In this document: positions 1-11,176 of the stretch, one piece after another
Position numbering within the stretch: position 1 is the first letter of the stretch
How the letters are laid out: each line of letters starts with the position of its first letter
Source: Bacteroides sp.
GTDB lineage: Bacteria > Bacteroidota > Bacteroidia > Bacteroidales > Muribaculaceae
Direction: 5' to 3'
Length of the DNA stretch: 64,000 bases
NCBI GenBank assembly: GCA_014801875.1
Contig: JAAVDJ010000005.1
Span: 70,294-134,293 of the forward strand
Made by a program: the position numbers and the translations under genes
The notes under the pieces: generated by a model
Databases searched by the model: none
What the model was told of the DNA's origin: nothing
Seen by the model: only the letters and a program-made list of their open reading frames with translations

Positions 1-1417
1 GAGTGGTGAGAGAAGAGTTGGGATCTCCCATGTTTGCCCAATTTATGAGACCACCTTTTATCACAAGCTGAGGTTTGGTTGCGAAGAATGCCGGCTCCCA
101 AAGTACAAGGTCGGCCATCTTCCCTACTTCAATTGATCCAAGCACATCGCTGATACCATATGTGATAGCAGGATTAAGTGTGATTTGGGCCAAATAGCGG
201 AGCACTCGGAAGTTATCGTTTCCTTCAGAATCCTCTTTAAGTTTTCCGCGTGCCTGTTTCATATAGGAGGCCATCTGGAATGTACGCATAAACGATTCTC
301 CAACACGACCCATTGCCTGAGAGTCTGAAGTCACCATAGAAATTATCCCGAGATCATGGAAGACATTTTCTGCTGACTGAGTTTCCGGACGCACACGGCT
401 CTCTGCAAACGCAACATCAGAAGGAATCTTCGGGTTAAGATTATGGCAAACCATAATCATATCAAACAACTCCGCCTGAGAATTGATTCCGAAGGGAAGA
501 GTAGGATTAGTGGAAGAAGGCAATACGTTTGACATTGAAGCCATTTTCAAAAGGTCAGGTGCATGACCGCCCCCGGCGCCTTCTGTGTGATAAGTATGTA
601 TTGTGCGTCCATCAATCGCTGCAATAGTATCTTCAACATAGCCACTTTCATTCAGAGTGTCGGTGTGAATTGCAACCTGAACATCAAACAAATCAGCACT
701 TTCCATACAGCTCCTTATTGCTGCAGGAGTGGCACCCCAGTCTTCGTGAATCTTGAAACCACATGCGCCTGCTTCGATCTGATTGTTCAACACTTCATGT
801 CCGGTACAGTTTCCTTTAGCCAGGAATCCTACATTGATGGGAAGCCCTTCAGCAGCTTTGAGCATTTCATGCATATTCCAGCGGCCGGAAGTGATTGTGG
901 TACCGTTTGTTCCATCTGTTGGGCCGATACCACCTCCGATAAGAGTGGTTATACCATTTGATAGACAGTTCACTGCCTGCTGAGGTGAACAGAAATGGAC
1001 GTGACCATCTATTCCGGCTGCGGTCAGAATCATATGTTCGCCCGAGATAGCATCCGTCGAAGGTCCGGTAACAAGTGTCGGAGTAACACCCTCCATAATA
1101 TTGGGGTTGCCGGCTTTACCGATACCAGCTATTTTCCCATCTTTCACACCAACGTCTGCCTTTACCACACCAAGAACGGGGTCAAGAATAGTGACATTTG
1201 TGATTACGAGATCCAGACTACCTGCGTCTTCCGTACATTCGTTGGCGAGACCCATACCGTCACGAAGAGTCTTTCCACCACCGTATACCACTTCGTCGCC
1301 ATATACGCGAAGGTCTTTTTCTATCTCCACATAGAGATCGGTATTGCCGAGACGAATCTTGTCGCCTACTGTCGGGCCGAAAAGATTATTATATTCTTGT
1401 CTTGAAATAGTTGCCAT
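1..1417 (-). CDS. ureC: Urease alpha (catalytic) subunit, 3' part truncated by the window edge
   Basis: Absent from the ORF track because it has no stop in the window. Manual minus-strand translation from ATG 1417 gives [28 protein letters not shown]..., Ni-ligand GIDGHVH, carbamylated-Lys motif [24 protein letters not shown], flap [10 protein letters not shown] and [11 protein letters not shown]. Confidence 0.97.
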   Translation of the reverse strand, partial: MATISRQEYNNLFGPTVGDKIRLGNTDLYVEIEKDLRVYGDEVVYGGGKTLRDGMGLANECTEDAGSLDLVITNVTILDPVLGVVKADVGVKDGKIAGIGKAGNPNIMEGVTPTLVTGPSTDAISGEHMILTAAGIDGHVHFCSPQQAVNCLSNGITTLIGGGIGPTDGTNGTTITSGRWNMHEMLKAAEGLPINVGFLAKGNCTGHEVLNNQIEAGACGFKIHEDWGATPAAIRSCMESADLFDVQVAIHTDTLNESGYVEDTIAAIDGRTIHTYHTEGAGGGHAPDLLKMASMSNVLPSSTNPTLPFGINSQAELFDMIMVCHNLNPKIPSDVAFAESRVRPETQSAENVFHDLGIISMVTSDSQAMGRVGESFMRTFQMASYMKQARGKLKEDSEGNDNFRVLRYLAQITLNPAITYGISDVLGSIEVGKMADLVLWEPAFFATKPQLVIKGGLINWANMGDPNSSLTT

Positions 1418-1431
1418 ATCTGAAGTGGTCT

Positions 1432-1998
1432 TTATTTTTTAATTTCGTTTTCAGTGTACTCCCCTTCCGCATCTTCTTCTGTGACGCTCTTGAATCCATA
1501 TTCCTGAATTCTTCTGAGCGCCTCAATATTTTTGGGATAGAATGTCGGATGATCCTCAAGTCCGGCATAGCCATTAACAAGATCGTTGAAACCGATTATT
1601 CTAACCTTGCCTGCGTAGGTCACGAGTTCCACTTCTTTTTCTTCTCCAGGTTCAAACCGAACTGCAGTGGTTGCAGGTATGTTGAGATGGTAACCAAAAG
1701 CCTTTGGCCGATCAAATTCCATATATCTGTTCACTTCAAAGAAATGGAAATGACTGCCTATCTGGATCGGACGGTCGCCGGTATTTCTCACTTTAAGCTT
1801 TACAGTTCTTCTGTTGGCATTATATTCTATCGGTGTGTCTTGAAGAATCACTCCTCCTACCGGTACATAGTCCTTGGGGGTAAAACCGGGTGTGTTGGGA
1901 TATGCGATATCCGGTTCGCCTGAGAATACTCCATAGGGAGTAGAATAACCCTCTGTTGGAGCAGGCGTGCTTCCGGAGGTATTGGGGTCTTGTGCCAT
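1432..1998 (-). CDS. ureB: Urease beta subunit with N- and C-terminal extensions (188 aa)
   Basis: Motifs [21 protein letters not shown] and [14 protein letters not shown]; lies between ureA and ureC. Confidence 0.96.
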   Translation of the reverse strand: MAQDPNTSGSTPAPTEGYSTPYGVFSGEPDIAYPNTPGFTPKDYVPVGGVILQDTPIEYNANRRTVKLKVRNTGDRPIQIGSHFHFFEVNRYMEFDRPKAFGYHLNIPATTAVRFEPGEEKEVELVTYAGKVRIIGFNDLVNGYAGLEDHPTFYPKNIEALRRIQEYGFKSVTEEDAEGEYTENEIKK

Positions 1999-2049
1999 AA
2001 TCTCTAATTTTCTTTAGGTTAATATTATAACAGGGATCGTTTGCCGCAG

Positions 2050-2352
2050 TTATTTGATGGGCTGATGAATACTTACAAGGCGACTGCCATCCGTAAAAAC
2101 TGCTTCGACCTGCAGAAGTCCAATCATATCGGCTACACCTTCCATAACCTGATCCTTCGTCAGAACCTGAGCTGCGTCGTGCATCACTTCTTCTACAGTT
2201 TTCCCTTCACGTGCACCTTCAAGAGCTGCACTCGTGATATAGGCCACGGCCTCCGGATAATTAAGCTTAAGACCCTTTTTAAGTCTTCGCTCCGCGATGA
2301 GTCCTACCATCAGCAGAGTGAGCTTATCTTGCTCTCGTGGGGTAAAATGCAT
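2050..2352 (-). CDS. ureA: Urease gamma subunit
   Basis: [11 protein letters not shown]...GLKLNYPEA...[12 protein letters not shown], 100 aa. Confidence 0.97.
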   Translation of the reverse strand: MHFTPREQDKLTLLMVGLIAERRLKKGLKLNYPEAVAYITSAALEGAREGKTVEEVMHDAAQVLTKDQVMEGVADMIGLLQVEAVFTDGSRLVSIHQPIK

Positions 2353-2463
2353 AGTATTATAGTTTTAATGGTTGTTATAACAGCATACCTCTTGATATAG
2401 AAATATGCTATAAATATTAAACAATAAAATTGTTCTTTTGTTTAAAATAATTAATTTTTTTAT

Positions 2464-2493
2464 AAAAAAAAGACAGCCTTTAATAGACTGTCT
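2464..2493 (-). terminator. Intrinsic terminator after the NlpC/P60 gene
   Basis: Minus strand reads AGACAGTCT-attaa-AGGCTGTCT followed by a T run. Confidence 0.65.
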
Positions 2494-2533
2494 CCTTAAT
2501 ATTAATTTGAATATTAATTCGTTACTGTAAGCT

Positions 2534-3157
2534 TTAATTATTGATAATTCGTTTTGCACCAATGTATCGATGTTCATAATATCCGGTGTTGCTGTCAATT
2601 CTGACCCCTTTGGATGTGCTTGCATGAATGAATGTGAAAGTGCCTTTCTCATTATCTGCTGTTACAACAATACCTACGTGACCAACGCTACCGCTTCTGC
2701 TGTTTCGTCCGGTGAAGAACACCAAATCTCCTTTGCGAAGATCTTTTGCATCAACGCTTTCTCCTTGTGTGTATTGATCTCGAGAGGATGCGCCTAAAGT
2801 ATAACCGAATTGACGATAAACATAACCTGCGAAGCCTGAACAATCAAAAGCGTTCGGACCTTTGGATCCTGATCTATACTTTTTCCCGATATGCTTGTGA
2901 GCCTCTGTCAGAAGGTCATTAAGCATCATACCAGTCTCTGATCCAATCTTATCCTGTGAAGTTGCAGCTGCCTCCCTTTTGATGACTTCTTGTTTGACAA
3001 AATCTTTTATGACACTTTTATCCATGCCGGATTTTGCATTGGCTAAAAGTTTTGCATGTGCACTTTTGTGAGCATTTTGTTTGGAGGGTGTCTGTGCTCC
3101 GACAGTTAACATGCCGGCGGCTAAAAGGAATATGGTGAGAAGGTTACGTATTTTCAT
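2534..3157 (-). CDS. Secreted NlpC/P60 (C40) peptidoglycan endopeptidase
   Basis: Signal peptide from ATG 3157 (MKIRNLLTIFLLAAGMLTVGA); catalytic FDCSGF, HVGI and FIHAS. Start moved downstream of the track start because the -7 promoter lies at 3197-3204. Confidence 0.9.
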   Translation of the reverse strand: MKIRNLLTIFLLAAGMLTVGAQTPSKQNAHKSAHAKLLANAKSGMDKSVIKDFVKQEVIKREAAATSQDKIGSETGMMLNDLLTEAHKHIGKKYRSGSKGPNAFDCSGFAGYVYRQFGYTLGASSRDQYTQGESVDAKDLRKGDLVFFTGRNSRSGSVGHVGIVVTADNEKGTFTFIHASTSKGVRIDSNTGYYEHRYIGAKRIINN

Positions 3158-3196
3158 GATGTTTTGAGTTTTCACTCTTTGGGTTGTTTTACGTTG

Positions 3197-3204
3197 CAAA
3201 ATTA
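3197..3204 (-). promoter_or_regulatory. Bacteroidota housekeeping -7 element (TAATTTTG) for the NlpC/P60 gene
   Basis: Matches TAnnTTTG, about 40 nt upstream of the ATG. Confidence 0.6.
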
Positions 3205-3436
3205 CCCTTTTTATTTTTATTATGCAAACGTTAGTTGCTTTCCGGACAGACATTTAATATTCTTTATGAATTAGCACATAGCTCCACGATGTGTGCAATT
3301 CTATTTCCTGGATGTGCTCATTGTAGTTTTATTCTCATCAAAATTTAGTGTTAATAAAATAGAAATATTATTTTCCCGTTATATTAAAAATGTGTGCAAC
3401 CCCTTTAATTTAGGACAAACAAATTTTAATACAATA

Positions 3437-4873
3437 ATGAGAAACCTTATTTTAGCAACTGCATTAGGTGTTGCAGTCTGTGTACCCGCTATCGCGAAAG
3501 ATAGGGTAACACATAACCCTAATGCTACTAATGATGAAACCATCCTGCACGTTTGGAGCTGGAATTTTCCAACTATTGGGGAAAACATGAAAAAGATTGC
3601 TGACGCAGGATTTACCATGATTCAGACTTCTCCGGTTCAAAACTGTTATGAACCGGAAGGGAGCGGTAAAAAGATTTTTGATGAGAACGTGACTGAGGGA
3701 AACTGGTATTATTATTATCAGCCTACCGATTGGAAGATCGGAAATAATATCCTTGGTTCGCGCAATCAAATGAAGCAGATGATGGATTCAGCTGCTAAAT
3801 ATAATATTAAGGTGATAGTAGATGTTCTTCCAAACCATACAGCATTTGATATCGATGCTGTTTCGGAGGATTTCTATAAAGCTGTAGGAGGACGCGATAA
3901 AATGTTCCATACGCAAGGCCTTCTCCCTGTGCAGGACTATAATGATCGCCTGCAATGTACATTATGGGGCTCTGGCGCTCTCCCCGATGTGAATACTGAA
4001 AATCCTGATTTCCAGAAATACTATATGGAGTTTGTCAATGATCTCTTGAGTCTGGGGGTCAAGGGATTCAGATATGACACTGCCAAGCATATTGGTGTTC
4101 ATTCCGATCCCGTCGATAAAGCAGCCGGAGTAAAGGAGAATGATTTCTGGGATGTAGCAACAGGTAGGAAAGCCGTAAAAGGAGTAAAGCTTGCTGTTCC
4201 TTATGATTCTCTTTTTGTATATGGTGAAGTGCTCCAGGATAGAAATGTTCCGGAAGCTGAATATGCTGACTATTTTGGACAGACTGCTTCCGGCTATGGT
4301 CATATTTTGAGAGAAGCTCTTGAAAAGGGGTCCGTGCAAGGCCTTGATCTTATTAATTGGCATCACACTTCCGCTCCCGAATATCTCACAACCTGGGTTG
4401 AAAGTCATGATACATATGCTAACGCTCATGAGTCTGCTCACCTCACTGACGACCAAATCAGGACTGGTTGGGTTTTCCTTACTGCACGTCAGAATGGTAC
4501 TCCCCTCTTCTTCAGTCGTCCTGCCGGCTCTACACGTCAGGCGTATTGGGGTGACAATATTCTGGGAGCAAGAGGTAATGATGAGTTCTTCCATCCTGAG
4601 GTCGTAGCAGTAAACAATTTCCGATCTAAAATGGCGGGAGAAAAGGAGGATGTTCAGATTTCAGATAACGGACAGGTGCTCCTCGTTAATCGTGGTAAGA
4701 AAGGCGCGGCATTAGTAAATATCTCCAAACACGCCAATTCTGTCAATCTTCCGACCGGGCTGCCTAACGGCACCTATAAAGATGTGGTATATGGCAAGGA
4801 GTTTAAAGTGAAGAATGGGAAGCTGTCAGGTCTTTTAGCTCCTGAAAGATCTTATATCCTCGAAAAAAAGTGA
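3437..4873 (+). CDS. Secreted GH13 alpha-amylase (Bacillus AmyE / GH13_28-like)
   Basis: Signal peptide MRNLILATALGVAVCVPAIA; ILHVWSW, IQTSP, YYQPT; catalytic triad in GFRYDTAKH, YGEVLQ and WVESHD; C-terminal beta domain with LPNGTYKD. Confidence 0.9.
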   Translation: MRNLILATALGVAVCVPAIAKDRVTHNPNATNDETILHVWSWNFPTIGENMKKIADAGFTMIQTSPVQNCYEPEGSGKKIFDENVTEGNWYYYYQPTDWKIGNNILGSRNQMKQMMDSAAKYNIKVIVDVLPNHTAFDIDAVSEDFYKAVGGRDKMFHTQGLLPVQDYNDRLQCTLWGSGALPDVNTENPDFQKYYMEFVNDLLSLGVKGFRYDTAKHIGVHSDPVDKAAGVKENDFWDVATGRKAVKGVKLAVPYDSLFVYGEVLQDRNVPEAEYADYFGQTASGYGHILREALEKGSVQGLDLINWHHTSAPEYLTTWVESHDTYANAHESAHLTDDQIRTGWVFLTARQNGTPLFFSRPAGSTRQAYWGDNILGARGNDEFFHPEVVAVNNFRSKMAGEKEDVQISDNGQVLLVNRGKKGAALVNISKHANSVNLPTGLPNGTYKDVVYGKEFKVKNGKLSGLLAPERSYILEKK

Positions 4874-4933
4874 TTCCTCAAATATTAAATTTCTGGGTAG
4901 CCTGAGGGTATATAAATATATTAATTTTTCTCA

Positions 4934-4973
4934 AAAAGAGGAACAAATCTATGTGTAGGTTTGTTCCTCTTTT
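4934..4973 (+). terminator. Intrinsic terminator after the amylase
   Basis: AAAAGAGGAACAAATCTA-tgtg-TAGGTTTGTTCCTCTTTT, 18-bp stem with one G-U pair. Confidence 0.8.
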
Positions 4974-5020
4974 GGTATTAGAATCATTTGGATGGAAGTC
5001 AATAGTGTGTTATAAAAAAT

Positions 5021-5036
5021 TGGCACGCTTTTTGCT
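5021..5036 (+). promoter_or_regulatory. Sigma-54 (RpoN) -24/-12 promoter upstream of groES
   Basis: TGGCAC-GCTTT-TTGCT with exact GG-N10-GC spacing, about 40 nt before the groES ATG. Confidence 0.75.
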
Positions 5037-5074
5037 TATCATATGTAAAGACCAAAAACTAAAAAACAGTTATT

Positions 5075-5350
5075 ATGAATATAAAACCATTATCTGACAG
5101 AGTTCTTATTGAACCCGCTCCTGCAGAGGAGGTCACTATGAGTGGCATCATTATCCCCAATTCAGCAAAAGAAAAACCATTGTTCGGCACAGTCCTCGCT
5201 GTTGGAAACGGCACAAAAGATGAGGAAATGGTGTTGAAAGAAGGTGATCAGGTGCTATATGGCAAATATGCAGGCACAGAAATTGAATTTGAGGGCGTTA
5301 AATATATCATGATGCGTCAAAGCGACGTCCTCGCAATCATCACGAAATAA
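5075..5350 (+). CDS. groES: Co-chaperonin GroES
   Basis: MNIKPLSDRV...SGIIIP..AKEKP...GDQVLYGKYAGTE. Confidence 0.98.
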   Translation: MNIKPLSDRVLIEPAPAEEVTMSGIIIPNSAKEKPLFGTVLAVGNGTKDEEMVLKEGDQVLYGKYAGTEIEFEGVKYIMMRQSDVLAIITK

Positions 5351-5364
5351 TTGTTAGTTCATAA

Positions 5365-7017
<1,653 letters not shown>

Positions 7018-7039
7018 TTTAATTCCTTCCAAATATTTT

Positions 7040-7077
7040 GCGAGAGGTAAAGGGTGTCTTTATCTCTCGCTTTTTTT
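7040..7077 (+). terminator. Intrinsic terminator after groEL
   Basis: GCGAGAGGTAAAG-ggtgt-CTTTATCTCTCGC followed by T7. Confidence 0.85.
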
Positions 7078-7158
7078 GTTTTTATAGTATTTTTTTCATA
7101 ATTTTGAAAACCTTTCTCAAAACGAAGGATTCAACATCCCCTATTAAGCTTTAAATTC

Positions 7159-9114
7159 ATGATTTCTGTAAACAATGTATCGGTTGATTTTTCAGCCCAT
7201 CCTTTATTTTCGGATGTATCTTTTGTGATAAATCCAACTGATAAGATTGCTCTTGTCGGAAAAAATGGTGCAGGTAAATCAACATTGCTGAAGATTCTGG
7301 CCGGTAGTCAATCTCCCACGTCAGGTTCAATCTCCATACCTTCAGGTTGTAGTGTTGGATATTTGCCTCAGCAAATGAGGATATCAGATGACACCACAAT
7401 TATTGAGGAGACAAGAAAAGCTTTCCGACAGCGTTTTGAAATGAAAGAGGAACTTGAATCATTGAATGTAAAGCTGTCTGAAATCACGAACTTTGAAGGT
7501 AAAGAATACGAACGCCTTCTTGAAAGAATAGGTTTTCTCACAGAAAGACTTTCAATGGAGGGTGACGCATCAGTTGAAGCAGAAATTGAAAAGACTCTTA
7601 TTGGACTTGGTTTCCAAAGAACCGATTTTGAACGTCCGACAAGTGAATTTTCCGGCGGATGGCGAATGAGAGTTGAATTAGCCAAGATTCTCTTGCAGAG
7701 GCCGGACGTACTTCTGCTTGACGAACCTACAAACCACCTTGACATTGAATCAATTCAATGGCTTGAGCAATTCCTTATATCTAAAGCTAAAGCTGTTGTC
7801 CTTGTCAGTCATGACCGGGCATTCCTTGACAACATTTCTAAAAGAACTATCGAAATTTCCTGCGGAAATATTTATGATTATAAGGTGAATTATTCCTCTT
7901 TTAAAAAGTTGAGGGAAGAACGCCTTGAGCAGCAAAGACGAGCCTATGATAATCAGCAGAAATTGATAGCTGAGACAAAGGAATTCATTGAGCGCTTTAG
8001 GTATCAAGCAACAAAGGCCATTCAAGTGCAGAGCAGAATCAAGCAATTAGAAAAAATTGTCCCAATTCAAGTTGACGAGGTTGACAATTCTCGCTTGCGT
8101 CTGAAGTTCCCTCCTGCACCTCGGTCGGGAGATTATCCATTGATTGTGGAGGGGCTTAGAAAAGATTACGGTGATCATAATGTCTTTTCAGATGTTGAAT
8201 TCACTCTTGAGAGAGGTGAAAAGGTTGCCTTTGTAGGAAAAAATGGTGAGGGAAAGTCGACTTTGGTCAAATGTATTATGAACCAGATTCCATTTGAAGG
8301 CACTTTGAAAGTCGGGCATAATGTCAAAATCGGCTATTTCGCACAGAATCAGGCTCAGCTTCTGGATGAAAACCTTACCGTCTTTGAGACTATTGATAAT
8401 GTTGCAACAGGAGATATGCGCACAAAGGTCAAGGATATTTTGGGTGCATTTATGTTTGGTGGAGAATCCTCCGAAAAATATGTGAAGGTCCTTTCAGGGG
8501 GAGAAAAAACTCGCCTTGCCATGATAAAGTTGTTGCTTGAACCGGTTAATCTCCTAATACTTGATGAGCCTACTAACCATCTTGATATCCAGACTAAGGA
8601 TATTCTAAAGGAAGCAATCAGAGATTTCGATGGAACAGTGATAGTAGTTAGTCACGACCGAGATTTTCTTGATGGGCTTGTAGAGAAAGTCTATGAATTT
8701 GGTGGTGGAAAAGTAAGAGAGAATTTGGGAGGAATATATGATTTTCTTCAAAAGAAAAGAATTGAGAACCTTTCAGAACTTGAAATAAACGGGAGGTCAA
8801 ATTCAGATGGAAAAGAATCAGCATCAAACTCTTCTCCTTCCTCAGAAGTTAAATCTGCAGGAAAGTTAAGTTATGAGGAACAAAAGGAAAGAGACAGACA
8901 GTTGAGAAAACTCGAGAAAACGGTTAAAGATAAGGAAAAGTCAATCGAGAAGTTTGAGGAAAAAATCACATTTCTTGAATCTCGTCTTGCACAAGGTGAT
9001 TCTTCCTCAGAAATTCTTAATGATTACGAGAAAACAAAGCATGAGCTTGAACAAGAGATGGAAGAATGGGAAAAAGCTCAACTTGAGTTGGACGATTTTA
9101 GAGATAGTTTCTGA
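7159..9114 (+). CDS. ABC-F family ATPase (YheS/Uup-like)
   Basis: Two ABC domains (GKNGAGKS, FSGGW, LLLDEPTNHLD; GKNGEGKS, LSGGE), a linker and a C-terminal coiled coil; no TM segments. Confidence 0.93.
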   Translation: MISVNNVSVDFSAHPLFSDVSFVINPTDKIALVGKNGAGKSTLLKILAGSQSPTSGSISIPSGCSVGYLPQQMRISDDTTIIEETRKAFRQRFEMKEELESLNVKLSEITNFEGKEYERLLERIGFLTERLSMEGDASVEAEIEKTLIGLGFQRTDFERPTSEFSGGWRMRVELAKILLQRPDVLLLDEPTNHLDIESIQWLEQFLISKAKAVVLVSHDRAFLDNISKRTIEISCGNIYDYKVNYSSFKKLREERLEQQRRAYDNQQKLIAETKEFIERFRYQATKAIQVQSRIKQLEKIVPIQVDEVDNSRLRLKFPPAPRSGDYPLIVEGLRKDYGDHNVFSDVEFTLERGEKVAFVGKNGEGKSTLVKCIMNQIPFEGTLKVGHNVKIGYFAQNQAQLLDENLTVFETIDNVATGDMRTKVKDILGAFMFGGESSEKYVKVLSGGEKTRLAMIKLLLEPVNLLILDEPTNHLDIQTKDILKEAIRDFDGTVIVVSHDRDFLDGLVEKVYEFGGGKVRENLGGIYDFLQKKRIENLSELEINGRSNSDGKESASNSSPSSEVKSAGKLSYEEQKERDRQLRKLEKTVKDKEKSIEKFEEKITFLESRLAQGDSSSEILNDYEKTKHELEQEMEEWEKAQLELDDFRDSF

Positions 9115-9172
9115 GTAAGTTAGATTTTCTGAGTGGAAACTATTAGTCAAAAATTAAATAAAAATAATTATC

Positions 9173-11158
9173 ATGATTGAAAAAGGTTTGTCAGAAAAAA
9201 TCACTCTGGATGAGTCAACTTTCGATCCGCATGTGAACCTGAAAGATGATTTCTACAGTTTCGCAAATAAAAAATGGATGGAGGAGAATCCTCTTCCTAA
9301 CGATTTTTCGCGGTTTGGCGTTTTTGATAAGGTCCACGAAAAATCAATAGCTCAAATAAAAGAATTAATCACTAAGCTATCGGAGCATCCGGACGCAAAT
9401 GTAATGGGTACGGATGCACAAAAAATCCGTGATATTTATGAACTGGGAATGGATGTTGACCGCTTGAACAAAGAAGGCGCCGCTCCTCTAAGACCATTCC
9501 TTGATAAGATAGAAAATGCAGATCTTTCTCAGCTCGAAGACCTGATAGCCTGGTTGCACACTGGTATAACTTCAACCTTTTTCACCACTGGCGTTGGTCC
9601 GGATCAAAGGAATTCTAATAAATATCTGATGAATATAGGTTATGCCGGACTGGGTCTCGGAGATAGAGATTACTATCTTGTTGATAACGAAGAAAATCGA
9701 CGCTATATAGCTGCTTATGAAAAATTCGTAAAGACTCTAATGACTCTCTCTGGCTATGATGAAGAGAGTGCTCAAAGGATTTGGAATAATGTTATCGAAA
9801 TTGAAACAAAGTTTGCGGAGAACAGGAAAACAAAAGAGATGCTGAGAGACCCGGATGTTATTTTTAATATAATGACATACTCGGATTTCAAAAAACGTTA
9901 TTCCAATTTTAATTGGGATGCATATTTTTCAGCTTTTGGAGTTGAAAAATTAGATGAAATAAATGTGATAGATCCGGAATTTATTGATTTCATAAATAAT
10001 TTCCTCCCAACTTTAGACAGTCGTAAATTAAAAGACCTTCTGATTTATGATCTTGTAGCTGATTGTGCAAATCTGTTAAGTGAAGAATTTGAAGACACTG
10101 TTTTTGATCTCTATGGCAAAGCAATGAATGGTACTGAAGAAAAACAACCTCGTTGGAAACGTATCATGGCTGTGCCAAATTCTCTTTTTGGAGAAATCGT
10201 AGGCAAACTCTATGTAGAGAAATATTTTCCTGAGGAGAATAAGCAGTATATGGTACAACTTGTAGAAAATTTGAGAAAGGCTCTTGCTGTACACATAAAG
10301 TCATTGCCCTGGATGTCGGAAGAAACCAAGAGAAAAGCTCTCGAAAAATTGGATTCACTGACTATAAAAATAGGATATCCTGATAAATGGAAGGATTACT
10401 CTGAAATTAATATTGATCCTTCCAAATCTTTCTTTGAGAATATTCATGCTGCGAATGTATGGTTCACCCATGATAACTATTCCAAGATTAACAAACCAGT
10501 CGACAAGACTGAGTGGTTAATGACCCCTCAAGCTGTCAATGCTTATTACAATCCCACATCTAATGAGATATGTTTTCCGGCCGGAATTCTTCAGCCTCCA
10601 TTTTTTGATATAAATGCGGAAGATGCTATAAACTATGGTCGTATAGGAGTCGTTATCGGCCATGAAATGACTCACGGTTTTGACGACAGGGGTCGTAAGT
10701 ATGATAAGGATGGTAATTTGGCGGATTGGTGGACGGCAGAAGATTCAAAACAATTCAATGAGTTAGCTGAATCTTTGGTGGCTCAGTTCAATAAAGTTGA
10801 AGTAGCACCCGGAATATTTGCAAATGGGAAATACACACTTGGAGAAAACATAGCAGATCAAGGTGGGTTGCGTGTTGCTATGACAGCATTACGTATGGCC
10901 AATGAAGATAATATTGACAGTAACGTTAAATCTGAATATTCCCCGGAGCAGGTATTTTATCTTGCTTATGCAAATGTTTGGGCTGAAAATATCAGGCCCG
11001 AATCAATTGCTGTACGCACAAAATCGGATACGCATTCTTTAGGGAGAATCAGGGTCAATGCTACTCTCAGAAACCTTGATTCATTTATTGACGCATTCGA
11101 AATAAATGAGGGGGATGCTATGTTCCTGCCTAAGAATGAGCGAATAATAATATGGTAA
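9173..11158 (+). CDS. pepO: M13 (neprilysin/PepO-like) zinc endopeptidase
   Basis: VNAYY, GHEMTHGFD (HExxH) and GENIAD motifs. Confidence 0.92.
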   Translation: MIEKGLSEKITLDESTFDPHVNLKDDFYSFANKKWMEENPLPNDFSRFGVFDKVHEKSIAQIKELITKLSEHPDANVMGTDAQKIRDIYELGMDVDRLNKEGAAPLRPFLDKIENADLSQLEDLIAWLHTGITSTFFTTGVGPDQRNSNKYLMNIGYAGLGLGDRDYYLVDNEENRRYIAAYEKFVKTLMTLSGYDEESAQRIWNNVIEIETKFAENRKTKEMLRDPDVIFNIMTYSDFKKRYSNFNWDAYFSAFGVEKLDEINVIDPEFIDFINNFLPTLDSRKLKDLLIYDLVADCANLLSEEFEDTVFDLYGKAMNGTEEKQPRWKRIMAVPNSLFGEIVGKLYVEKYFPEENKQYMVQLVENLRKALAVHIKSLPWMSEETKRKALEKLDSLTIKIGYPDKWKDYSEINIDPSKSFFENIHAANVWFTHDNYSKINKPVDKTEWLMTPQAVNAYYNPTSNEICFPAGILQPPFFDINAEDAINYGRIGVVIGHEMTHGFDDRGRKYDKDGNLADWWTAEDSKQFNELAESLVAQFNKVEVAPGIFANGKYTLGENIADQGGLRVAMTALRMANEDNIDSNVKSEYSPEQVFYLAYANVWAENIRPESIAVRTKSDTHSLGRIRVNATLRNLDSFIDAFEINEGDAMFLPKNERIIIW

Positions 11159-11176
11159 TCTAAAGACTTTTGTAGT

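Noticed and set aside
563-2400. Plus-strand ORFs of 119-170 aa over the urease genes
   Set aside because: Antisense shadows of ureC/ureB/ureA with no recognisable motifs; the real ureC is on the minus strand.
3271-3298. TTAGCAC... resembling a CIRCE element
   Set aside because: The right arm does not match GAGTGCTAA, and the site is 1.8 kb from groES with a gene and terminator in between.
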